A DNA stretch of 64,000 nt, from assembly GCA_045863335.1 (NCBI GenBank), contig BTVY01000024.1:40034-104033 (forward strand), written 5' to 3'. The notes beneath the pieces are model-generated. The model had not been told where the DNA came from. It searched no databases and saw only the letters and a program-made list of their open reading frames with translations. Below, one piece after another: positions 9,441-18,521 of this stretch (its first letter is position 1; each line of letters starts with the position of its first letter). Both the position numbers and the translations under genes were made by a program. The stretch is from Candidatus Hydrogenedentota bacterium. Its GTDB lineage: Bacteria; Hydrogenedentota; Hydrogenedentia; Hydrogenedentales; SLHB01.

Positions 9441-9520
9441 TATCGGGATCGGTATCGAGGTCGGGGTGGGAAGCGCGATGTGCTTTCGATACCGATACCG
9501 ATACCGATAGCGATACCGAC
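9441..9520. repeat. Inverted hexamer tandem arrays (TATCGG)n / (CCGATA)n
   Basis: TATCGG GATCGG TATCGA GGTCGG ... CGATAC CGATAC CGATAC CGATAG CGATAC; can form a long hairpin. Confidence 0.85.
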
Positions 9521-9686
9521 AATGGAGGGTGGCGCTGCCGCACGTGAACGTTCACTCTCGTTTCGCCACGCTTGTGGCGTGGTTTGTCGCTCCGGATGAT
9601 CGGGCGTCCGCAACCGAGGTATACTTCTTTGATCGTCCCGTCAGTCGCTCGGGGCGTGAAATGCGACGATTGAGCTTGGGGGTGAT

Positions 9687-10781
9687 ATGGCAACGATTTT
9701 CGGTTTCGACAAGCTGGTCAAACCGGACTGGGAAGCGCTGGCGCGCTGCATCGCGCGGGAAGGCACGCCGGACCGGGTGCACAACATCGAGTTGTTCCTG
9801 GACGCGGAAGTGCAGGAAGCAGTCTGCGAGCGCTTCGGTTTGGCGCGGGATTTGGACTCTAGCGACCCTTACTTCCCCCAGAAACGCCAAATCGCGATTC
9901 AGCGATTTCTGGGGTACGACTACGTCCGGATGGGCGTCGAAGATCACGTCATGCCCCTCCGCTACGACAAAGCCGAAGATACGGCCGGATTGCGCCGCGA
10001 GACGGGCCGGGACTACGTCAACGAGCACCAGGGGCCAATCACCAATTGGGATGAATTCGAACAATACCCTTGGCCGGACCCGCATAACGCCTCGACCCGG
10101 TCGCTGGAATGGTACGAGAAGAATCTGCCGGACGACATGTGCGTCGTGGGCAGCGGCGGGTTCGCCCACTTCGCCGAGTACCTGACGTGGCTTATGGGAT
10201 ACGAGACCCTGTGCATCGCCCTGTACGAACAACGCGACCTGGTGGCGGCCATCGCGCAACGGCTCGTGGACATGTACGACGTCCTCATCGACCGGATCCT
10301 GGAGTTCGACCGCGTCAAGATCATCTGGGGCAGCGACGACATGGGATTTCGGACGGGACTGCTGATCAGCCCGGACGACCTGCGGGAGTTCGTCCTCCCC
10401 GGGCACAAGCTCATGGCCGACCGCTCCCACGCGGCGGGGCGGCCCTACCTGTTGCACTGCTGCGGCAAGGTCGACCTCATCATGGAGGATTTTATCGAGG
10501 GGATCGGCATCGACGCCAAGCACTCCTTCGAGGACACCATCGAGAGCGTGATCGATGCGAAACGGCTTTATGGCGACCGCATCGCCTTGTTGGGGGGCAT
10601 CGACATCGACTTTCTCTGCCGGGCCACGGAGACAGAGATTCGGGAGCGGGTCCGGTCCACGCTGGAGCAGTGTATGCCGGGCGGCGGATACTGCCTGGGC
10701 ACCGGAAACAGCGTGGCCAACTACATCCCGCTCGACAACTACTTGATAATGCTGGACGAAGGCCGCCGGTTCGCGACCTGA
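9687..10781 (+). CDS. Uroporphyrinogen decarboxylase (URO-D/MtaA-like) family protein
   Basis: YPWPDP, SDDMGFRTG, LLHCCG, LLGGID, GGGYCLGTGNSV motifs. Confidence 0.9.
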   Translation: MATIFGFDKLVKPDWEALARCIAREGTPDRVHNIELFLDAEVQEAVCERFGLARDLDSSDPYFPQKRQIAIQRFLGYDYVRMGVEDHVMPLRYDKAEDTAGLRRETGRDYVNEHQGPITNWDEFEQYPWPDPHNASTRSLEWYEKNLPDDMCVVGSGGFAHFAEYLTWLMGYETLCIALYEQRDLVAAIAQRLVDMYDVLIDRILEFDRVKIIWGSDDMGFRTGLLISPDDLREFVLPGHKLMADRSHAAGRPYLLHCCGKVDLIMEDFIEGIGIDAKHSFEDTIESVIDAKRLYGDRIALLGGIDIDFLCRATETEIRERVRSTLEQCMPGGGYCLGTGNSVANYIPLDNYLIMLDEGRRFAT

Positions 10782-11105
10782 TGTCTGCATAGTAACGTGA
10801 CGCGGCGCCGAGAGGGTCCCGAACCGAACGTACTTGGGAATATAGGGTTACCCCCCGATGTTGCAACCTCAGAACGGGACTGGATTTGGCGTCGCTATTC
10901 CGAGACGGTTGGGGACCTCCTTTTTTCGAGGGTAGCGCATCCCGCCCTGGGGTCATTGGGTTATAAATTCCGGGATTTCGCCGCCGCCCCTTGGGAACTT
11001 TCGTGATGCTCCGAAACATTGGGCGGCTTCCGTGTTGTTATTGGATAGAGAACGAAATTTGTCGCCTCCGCGCGGCATGGGTAACGCATACGAAGAGGTG
11101 CAGTA

Positions 11106-12626
11106 ATGAGCACGCCTGAAGTAGACGCGCAGCGCACACCGGAAACGGCGGAAGAAAAGCAGTATACCGGCACGCGTGTCGAACAGAGCAATCGTGAAAT
11201 CGCCGAACTCGCCAATCAGAGCTACAAGTTCGGATGGACGACCAATATCGAGTCGGAAACCATCGCGAAGGGCTTGAACGAGGACGTGATTCGCGTCATT
11301 TCGGCGAAAAAAGAAGAGCCGGAGTGGCTCCTGGAATGGCGCTTGAAGGCGTACCGGCACTGGCTGACCATGACCGAGCCGAACTGGGCGAACGTCACCT
11401 ATCCGCCGATCGATTATCAGGACCACTATTACTATTCGGCGCCGAAGCGCGACAAGAAGCCCTTGAGCAGCCTTGACGAGGTAGACAAGGAACTCCTCGA
11501 AACCTTCGAGAAACTCGGCATCCCGCTGGACGAACAGAAGCGGCTGGCCGGCGTTGCGGTCGATGCCGTGTTCGACAGCGTATCCGTAGCCACGACGCAC
11601 AAGGAGATTCTCGCGAAGAAGGGAATCATCTTCTGCTCGTTCTCCGAGGCAGTGAAGGACCACCCGGACCTGGTCAAGCAGTATCTCGGATCCGTGGTTC
11701 CGGCGAACGATAATTTCTTCGCGGCGTTGAACTCGGCCGTGTTTTCGGACGGGTCCTTCTGTTTCATCCCGAAGGGTGTGCGATGCCCGATGGACCTGTC
11801 GACCTATTTCCGCATCAACGCGGCGGGCACGGGCCAGTTCGAGCGGACGCTTATCGTCGCCGAGGAAGGCGCGTACGTGAACTACCTCGAAGGCTGCACG
11901 GCGCCCATGCGCGATGAGAACCAGTTGCACGCGGCGGTGGTGGAACTCGTGGCCCTCGACGATGCGACGATCAACTATTCAACCGTGCAGAACTGGTACT
12001 CGGGCGACAAGGAAGGCAAAGGCGGCATCTACAACTTTGTCACCAAGCGCGGCAAATGCCTGGGCCGGAACTCGCGCATTTCGTGGACGCAGGTGGAAAC
12101 CGGGTCCGCGATTACCTGGAAGTATCCAAGCTGCTTGCTCATGGGCGACAACTCGGTCGGCGAGTTTTACTCGGTCGCGGTGAGCAACAACCGGCAGCAG
12201 GCCGACACGGGCACGAAGATGGTGCACATGGGCAAGAACACCAAGAGCACCATCATCTCGAAGACCATCTCCGCAGGCGAGGGCAACAACAGCTATCGCG
12301 GGCAGGTGCTGGTCATGCCGAAGGCGTCGGACGCGCGGAACTACACGCAGTGTGATTCGCTGCTCATCGGCGACAAGTGCGGGGCGCACACGTTCCCCTA
12401 TATCGAAGTGCGGAACAACACCTCCGACGTGGAGCACGAAGCGTCCACGTCAAAGATCAGCGAAGCGCAGTTGTTCTATTGCAAACAGCGCGGCATCGGA
12501 ACGGAAGACGCCATCTCGATGGTCATCAACGGATTCTGCAAAGAAGTATTCGATCATCTGCCCATGGAATTCGCCGTGGAGGCGACGAAGTTGCTGGGCG
12601 TGAGCCTGGAAGGGAGTGTTGGATAA
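11106..12626 (+). CDS. sufB: Fe-S cluster assembly protein SufB
   Basis: [55 protein letters not shown]. Confidence 0.98.
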   Translation: MSTPEVDAQRTPETAEEKQYTGTRVEQSNREIAELANQSYKFGWTTNIESETIAKGLNEDVIRVISAKKEEPEWLLEWRLKAYRHWLTMTEPNWANVTYPPIDYQDHYYYSAPKRDKKPLSSLDEVDKELLETFEKLGIPLDEQKRLAGVAVDAVFDSVSVATTHKEILAKKGIIFCSFSEAVKDHPDLVKQYLGSVVPANDNFFAALNSAVFSDGSFCFIPKGVRCPMDLSTYFRINAAGTGQFERTLIVAEEGAYVNYLEGCTAPMRDENQLHAAVVELVALDDATINYSTVQNWYSGDKEGKGGIYNFVTKRGKCLGRNSRISWTQVETGSAITWKYPSCLLMGDNSVGEFYSVAVSNNRQQADTGTKMVHMGKNTKSTIISKTISAGEGNNSYRGQVLVMPKASDARNYTQCDSLLIGDKCGAHTFPYIEVRNNTSDVEHEASTSKISEAQLFYCKQRGIGTEDAISMVINGFCKEVFDHLPMEFAVEATKLLGVSLEGSVG

Positions 12627-13382
12627 ATGCTGGAGATTACGAATCTGCACGCGAACGTGGAAGGCGTGGAGATCCTGAAGGGCGTGAGCCTGAAGATCAA
12701 CGACGGCGAAGTGCACGCGATCATGGGCCCGAACGGGTCGGGCAAAAGCACGCTGGCCCAGATCCTCGCGGGCAACGAAGAATATGAAGTCACCGAGGGC
12801 GAGGTTACCTTCCTCGGCCAGGATCTCCTGGAGATGCCCGCGGAAGAACGGGCGCGCCTGGGCGTGTTCATGGCGTTTCAGTATCCGGTGGAGATTCCCG
12901 GGATTTCGAACGCCTATTTCCTGCAGGCGGGACTGAACGAGATCCGGAAGAGCCATGGCCTGGAAGAGTTGGACACGCTCGACTTTCAGGAACTCCTGAA
13001 AGAGAAGATGGAGATGGTGGCTATCGATCCCAAGTTCGCGGACCGGCCCGTCAACGAAGGCTTCTCCGGCGGCGAGAAGAAGCGGAACGAGATCCTGCAG
13101 ATGGCGGTGCTCGAACCGAAGCTGGCGATTCTGGACGAAACGGATTCGGGACTCGACATCGACGCGTTGCGCATCGTGGCCGACGGCGTGAATAAGTTGC
13201 GGGGCCCGAAGCGCTCCATGATTGTGGTTACGCACTACCAGCGTCTGCTCAACTACATCGTGCCCGATTTTGTGCACGTGTTGTACGGCGGGCGCATCGT
13301 AAAATCCGGCGGGAAGGAACTGGCCCTGGAACTCGAAGAAAAGGGCTACGATTGGGTGAAATCGGAATTTGCCGCGGTCTAG
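12627..13382 (+). CDS. sufC: Fe-S cluster assembly ATPase SufC
   Basis: [47 protein letters not shown]. Confidence 0.98.
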   Translation: MLEITNLHANVEGVEILKGVSLKINDGEVHAIMGPNGSGKSTLAQILAGNEEYEVTEGEVTFLGQDLLEMPAEERARLGVFMAFQYPVEIPGISNAYFLQAGLNEIRKSHGLEELDTLDFQELLKEKMEMVAIDPKFADRPVNEGFSGGEKKRNEILQMAVLEPKLAILDETDSGLDIDALRIVADGVNKLRGPKRSMIVVTHYQRLLNYIVPDFVHVLYGGRIVKSGGKELALELEEKGYDWVKSEFAAV

Positions 13383-13416
13383 GGACTGCGTTGATTCGGG
13401 AGTATAACGGCGCATC

Positions 13417-14739
13417 ATGGCTGAGATAGCGGAACGCGTGGAAAACAAAACGCACTACCTGGCTGATCTGGAGCGGCTACAGCCCGTACCCCAGGACTGG
13501 GTGAACGAACTGCGGCGCAAGGCGGTGGACGAGTTCACGGAGACCGAGTTTCCGACTCGGAAAATGGAGCCGTGGCGTTTCACCAACGTCGCGCCCATCG
13601 TTCGGACGGCCTTCCGCTCGCCGGTCGAAGCGGGTTCGCATGGACTTTCCGCGGCGGATGTGGCTCCGCTTCGGTACGGCGAGGCCGATTGGACGGAATT
13701 GGTATTCGTCGACGGTTTCTATGCGCCGGAATTGTCGAGTCCTACGGAAGGTGTTCGGGCCGGCAGTCTGTCCGAGGCGTTCACGAGTGACGCGGGCCTG
13801 GTGCAAAAGCATTTGAATCGATACCTGAACGGATCGGGCAACGCATTTACCGCGTTGAACACGGCGTTCCTGTTGGATGGCGCGTACATCCACGTTGCGA
13901 AAGAGCAGGTCCTTCCCTCCCCCATTCACATTTTGCACATTTCCACGGGGGGCGAGGGCGATACGGCAAGCTACCCGCGCAACCTCATCGTGGCGGATCG
14001 TCATGCGGAAGCGACGTTTGTCGAGAGTCACGTGAGCCTGGCGGGTGACAAGACGTACTTCAAGAATACCGTCACCGAAATCAGCGTCGGCGAAGGCGCG
14101 AGAGTGCATTGGTACAAACTGTTGCACGAAGGGCCGAACGGGTATCACCTGTCCTCGACGCGGGTGCATCAGGAACGGGACAGCGCCTTCAAGTCGTTTT
14201 CGATTTTCCAGGGCGCGAAGATTGCCCGGAACGATTTGAGCGTGGTGCTGGATGGCGAAGGCGCGGATGCGTCGCTGAATGGCCTCTACATGACCGACGG
14301 CGATCAGCTCGTGGATAACGCGACGTCGGTGGATCACGCGAAGCCCCATTGCACGAGTTGGATCGGCTACAAGGGCGTGTTGCAGGAGAAGAGCCACGGC
14401 GTGTTCAGCGGCAAGGTGATGGTTCGCCGGGACGCGCAGAAGACGGATTCGAACCAGTTGAACCAGAACATGGTGTTGTCCGACAAGGCCACCATTGACA
14501 CGAAACCGCTCCTGGAGATTTTCGCGGACGACGTGAAGTGCACGCACGGCGCGACCGTGGGCCGTCCGCCCAAGGAGTTGGTGTTCTATTTCCAGACACG
14601 AGGCATGAGCGAAGCCATGGCGTTGGGCATGCTGACCTATGGTTTTGCGGACGAAGTGGTTAACCAGATCGAAGTGGACGCGGTGCGTGCACGGCTCGAG
14701 AAATTCGTTTACAATAAGTACAGTCCGATCCCTGGCTGA
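13417..14739 (+). CDS. sufD: Fe-S cluster assembly protein SufD
   Basis: FPTRKMEPWRFT, DAQKTD, KPLLEIFADDVKCTHGATVG. Confidence 0.96.
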   Translation: MAEIAERVENKTHYLADLERLQPVPQDWVNELRRKAVDEFTETEFPTRKMEPWRFTNVAPIVRTAFRSPVEAGSHGLSAADVAPLRYGEADWTELVFVDGFYAPELSSPTEGVRAGSLSEAFTSDAGLVQKHLNRYLNGSGNAFTALNTAFLLDGAYIHVAKEQVLPSPIHILHISTGGEGDTASYPRNLIVADRHAEATFVESHVSLAGDKTYFKNTVTEISVGEGARVHWYKLLHEGPNGYHLSSTRVHQERDSAFKSFSIFQGAKIARNDLSVVLDGEGADASLNGLYMTDGDQLVDNATSVDHAKPHCTSWIGYKGVLQEKSHGVFSGKVMVRRDAQKTDSNQLNQNMVLSDKATIDTKPLLEIFADDVKCTHGATVGRPPKELVFYFQTRGMSEAMALGMLTYGFADEVVNQIEVDAVRARLEKFVYNKYSPIPG

Positions 14740-14771
14740 CCGCAGTTTGACGAGGTATCTTGGCTACCAGC

Positions 14772-16046
14772 ATGGCTACAGCGGGCCAACAGACGCAGTC
14801 CGCAGTCGATAAAACGGCTCCACTTACCGCGCTCGACGTCGAGCGGATAAGGCGGGAGTTCCCTGCCCTACACGTGGAACGCGATGGCGTTACGCAGGTG
14901 TATCTGGACAACGCGGCGACGAGCCAGAAGCCGAAGTCCGTCATCGAGCGCATCGACCGGTACTACCGGAGCGAGAACGCGAACGTCCACCGCGGCATGC
15001 ACTACCTGAGCGAAGTCGCGACCCAGGCCTACGAGGAATCCCGCAAGAAGGTGCAGCGGTTCCTCGGTGTGCCCTTGAGCTGCGAGGTCATCTTCACGCG
15101 CGGGACCACCGAAAGCATCAATCTCGTGGCCCAGACCTACGGGCGCCAGAACGTGGGCAAGGATGACGAGGTCATCATCAGCGCCATGGAGCACCATTCC
15201 AATATCGTGCCCTGGCAGATGCTGTGCGAAGAAAAAGGCGCGAAATTGCGCGTCATTCCGATGACCGATCGGGGCGAGTTGATCCTGGAGGAGTACGAGA
15301 AGCTCCTGTCCAGCCGCACCAAGCTGGTTTCCGTAAACCATGTGTCCAACGCGCTTGGCACGATCAACCCGGTGCGCCACATTATCGAGAAGGCGCACGA
15401 GCATGGCGTACCGGTATTGGTGGACGGCGCACAGGGGGCTGCACATCTCCCCATCGACGTGAAAGAACTGGACTGCGATTTCTATGCCTGCTCGGCCCAC
15501 AAGATGGTTGGACCGACGGGAATCGGCGTGCTGTACGGCAAGGCCGAACTGCTGAACAAGATGCCCCCCTTCATGGGCGGCGGCGACATGATCCTTTCGG
15601 TGACGTTCGAGAAGACCACGTACAGCAGCCTGCCGTACAAGTTCGAGGCGGGAACCCCGAACATCGCGGGGACCATTGGCCTGGGCGCGGCGGTGGACTA
15701 CCTGGAATCGATTGGCATGGAGCGAATCGCGGCGTACGAGCATGAACTGACGCAATACGCGACGTCGCTGCTCGAATCGATTGACGGCGTTCATCTGGTT
15801 GGCACCGCGCGCGAAAAGGCGGGCGTGCTGTCGTTCACCATGGAAAACGCCCACCCCCACGACATCGGCCAGATCTTCAGCGACTGTGGCGTGGCCATTC
15901 GCGCGGGTCATCACTGCGCCCAGCCGGTCATGCAACGTTTTGGCATTCCGGCCACCGCGCGGGCGTCGCTGGCTTTCTACAATAACAAGGAAGACCTGGA
16001 CGCGATGGCGGACGCAATCAAGAAGGTCAAAGAGGTTTTTGACTGA
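14772..16046 (+). CDS. sufS: Cysteine desulfurase SufS
   Basis: YLDNAATSQKP, EHHSNIVPW, SAHKM (PLP Lys), RAGHHCAQP. Confidence 0.97.
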   Translation: MATAGQQTQSAVDKTAPLTALDVERIRREFPALHVERDGVTQVYLDNAATSQKPKSVIERIDRYYRSENANVHRGMHYLSEVATQAYEESRKKVQRFLGVPLSCEVIFTRGTTESINLVAQTYGRQNVGKDDEVIISAMEHHSNIVPWQMLCEEKGAKLRVIPMTDRGELILEEYEKLLSSRTKLVSVNHVSNALGTINPVRHIIEKAHEHGVPVLVDGAQGAAHLPIDVKELDCDFYACSAHKMVGPTGIGVLYGKAELLNKMPPFMGGGDMILSVTFEKTTYSSLPYKFEAGTPNIAGTIGLGAAVDYLESIGMERIAAYEHELTQYATSLLESIDGVHLVGTAREKAGVLSFTMENAHPHDIGQIFSDCGVAIRAGHHCAQPVMQRFGIPATARASLAFYNNKEDLDAMADAIKKVKEVFD

Positions 16047-16498
16047 TGTCCAGCAATCGCGCGTTGTACGAGCAGGTCATCCTGGAGCACAACAAGAAAC
16101 CCCGGAACTTCCACGAAATGGAAGATGCTGATCGCAAGGTGGAGGGTTATAACCCCTTGTGTGGTGATCACTTCACCGTCTATGTGAAACTAAATGGCGA
16201 CGTGATCGAGGATGTAAGCTTCAGCGGGGCGGGCTGCGCGATCTCCAAGTCGTCGGCCTCGGTCATGACGATGCTGCTCAAGGGTAAAACGAAGAAGGAA
16301 GCTGAGGGGCTGTTCCTGAAGTTTCACACCATGGTCACGTCAAGCCCCGACTCCCCGGTGGATGAAGACGATCTCGGCAAACTGCGCGTCTTCGCGGGGG
16401 TGCGCGAGTTTCCGGTTCGGATCAAGTGCGCGACATTGGCCTGGCACTCCATGTTGTCTGCCCTGGACGGAAAAGACGAATCCGTCACGACCGAGTGA
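16046..16498 (+). CDS. sufU: SUF-system NifU-family protein SufU
   Basis: NPLCGD, GCAISKSS, RIKCATLAW. Confidence 0.95.
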   Translation: MSSNRALYEQVILEHNKKPRNFHEMEDADRKVEGYNPLCGDHFTVYVKLNGDVIEDVSFSGAGCAISKSSASVMTMLLKGKTKKEAEGLFLKFHTMVTSSPDSPVDEDDLGKLRVFAGVREFPVRIKCATLAWHSMLSALDGKDESVTTE

Positions 16499-16669
16499 TG
16501 CCCTTCCATTGAATCCCGCTCCGGCGAGGTGCTAGTCTGATTGGGTATACTTATTGTGGCGGTTTGCATTTGAAATGCCTCTTTTGCCCGCTCGGTTGAT
16601 GATGGCGAGAGGCCCGCTTCGAGGTCAGCAGGCGCGGAAGTTGAGACGCGCCAGAGGAATAGGGACGAG

Positions 16670-17734
16670 ATGAGCAACACACTGGCTGTACAGGAAGCCC
16701 CTAGCCGGGATGAAACCCTGGAACGCATGCGCGCGAAGCTTACGGGCATCGTGCCGGATGTGGAACTCCAACTGAAGGCGGACCTCGCCTATCGCATCAA
16801 CGTGCTGAAGCGGGAGCTGAACGCCGTGATTCTGGGCCACAACTACATGGAACCGGCCCTGTTTCATTCCGTGCCGGATTATGTGGGTGATTCCCTTGAA
16901 CTGTCGCGGATTTCGGCGGAAACCGAAGCGGACATCATCGTGTTCTGCGGCGTGCAGTTCATGGCGGAAACCGCCAAGATCCTGAACCCGGAAAAGACCG
17001 TGCTAATCCCTTCCGCGAAGGCAGGCTGCTCCCTGGCCGCGGGCGTGACGGCGGATGACGTGCGCGCGCTCAAACGCTTGTACCCCGGTGTGCCGGTCGT
17101 CAGCTACGTGAACACGTATGCCGACGTCAAGGCGGAATCGGATTACTGCTGCACGTCCGGAAACGCAGGCAACGTGGTTCGCCATATCCTCGGCAAGGGC
17201 CACGATTACGTGATCTTCCTGCCGGACCAGTATCTCGCGCACAATACGGCGAAGGAAGTCGGCATCCCCTTCGTAACCGCGAATCGGGAAGAGGCGTTGC
17301 CCCTTCCGGACCGAGCGGTGATTGGTTGGAGTGCCCGCTGCGAAGTCCACGAACTCTTCACGACGAACGACGTGACCACGGTGCGGCAGCAGTTCCCGGA
17401 TGTGGCCATTGTCGCCCATCCGGAAGTCAGCCCGGAAGTGCTCGAGTTGTGCGACGCGGCCGGCAGCACGAAACAGATGATCGAATACGTGCGCAAGACC
17501 GAAGCCGACCGCTATCTTCTGCTCACCGAATGCAGCATGGGCGACAACATCGCCGCGGAGAATCCGGAGAAGGAAATGCTCCGTCTCTGCAGCCACCGCT
17601 GCCCCCACATGGGCCAGATCACGCTGGAAGACACGCTGGCCGCGCTGGAAAAGATCCAGTACAAGGTCGAGCTGTCCGACGATCTCATCCGCGACGCGCG
17701 GTTGCCCATCGACCGCATGCTGGAGATTCGGTAA
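16670..17734 (+). CDS. nadA: Quinolinate synthase
   Basis: ILGHNY, GDSLEL, FCGVQFMAETAKIL, AGCSLA, CEVH, AHPE, CPHM. Confidence 0.96.
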   Translation: MSNTLAVQEAPSRDETLERMRAKLTGIVPDVELQLKADLAYRINVLKRELNAVILGHNYMEPALFHSVPDYVGDSLELSRISAETEADIIVFCGVQFMAETAKILNPEKTVLIPSAKAGCSLAAGVTADDVRALKRLYPGVPVVSYVNTYADVKAESDYCCTSGNAGNVVRHILGKGHDYVIFLPDQYLAHNTAKEVGIPFVTANREEALPLPDRAVIGWSARCEVHELFTTNDVTTVRQQFPDVAIVAHPEVSPEVLELCDAAGSTKQMIEYVRKTEADRYLLLTECSMGDNIAAENPEKEMLRLCSHRCPHMGQITLEDTLAALEKIQYKVELSDDLIRDARLPIDRMLEIR

Positions 17735-17796
17735 TCCCAGGAGGGCGGATTTTCCAGCCAGCCTCTGGAGTTTCTACATTTGCCGCGTGGTGGCCC

Positions 17797-17995
17797 GCCC
17801 CGAAGGGGCAAGAACATGAAAGCCCAGGGCAGAGCGAAGCGGCGCCCTGGGACGAATTGTATTGTTTAAGCCGGAGCCCTGAAAGGGCGAAACAATGGTC
17901 CTGCCAGCATCTCCTGCGGCCCGTGTTTCGCCCTTTCAGGGCTTTCGTTATTTCATGTCCTCCTGATCCCAGGGCGTCGCTTCGCTTTGCCTGGG
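17797..17995. repeat. Long palindromic REP/REPIN composite
   Basis: Perfect 20-bp IR AGCCCTGAAAGGGCGAAACA (17875-17894 / 17924-17943) nested within the IR CCCAGGGCAGAGCGAAGCGGCGCCCTGGG (17823-17851 / 17968-17995). Confidence 0.9.
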
Positions 17996-18095
17996 TCCCT
18001 AACCGCAAACATCGTGAAGAACTTTCGCATTTGGCTGGCGACGACTCCGTAACTTGTTCGACCATCCAATGATAGGTGTCGACAGAGAGACTCAT

Positions 18096-18207
18096 TCTTC
18101 CGCCCCCGTTCGGGGGCTGTGCGGTGGTGGTGGACATCTGACCCGGGGTTCCGCTCGTGCCTCGCTCCACCCCGGGCTACATTCGAGTCGCCCCATCCGG
18201 GGCTGGC
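18096..18207. repeat. REP-like palindromic element, copy 2 of 7427-7537
   Basis: Near-identical 67-bp core plus a shared TCTTCCGCCC...GGGCT lead-in. Confidence 0.9.
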
Positions 18208-18260
18208 GTGGGTAGATATCGTTGTATGAGGAGTTATGGTCTTGGCCCGGCTTGACGTGT

Positions 18261-18325
18261 TTTGGTCATTCGGATTTTGGTCATTAGAATCTGTTTCGGA
18301 TTTCGTACTTCGGATTTCGGATTTG
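18261..18325. repeat. Degenerate heptamer array (TTTCGGA/TTGGTCA-type)
   Basis: TTTGGTCATTCGGATTTTGGTCATT...TTTCGGATTTCGTACTTCGGATTTCGGATTT. Confidence 0.75.
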
Positions 18326-18521
18326 GTTGCGGCTATGCCGCGATGGGCTTTCCTGTCTCGGCCCTTCGGGCGAAAACGCAGCTACGAAGTTCACGGGTGA
18401 ATTCTGCGACGTACCTAACCAGTAGGGACCACCCACAAAAACCATATCGCAGTGAATCGCTCATTGGCAGTTATTGGCCGCGGCGGGTTGGAAAACCCGC
18501 CCTCCTTAACAGCACAGAGAT

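Noticed and set aside
16499-16669. NAD+ riboswitch or NrtR box upstream of nadA
   Set aside because: Only a short palindrome (GCATTTGAAATGC) and a small hairpin before the RBS; no match to the motifs as I know them.
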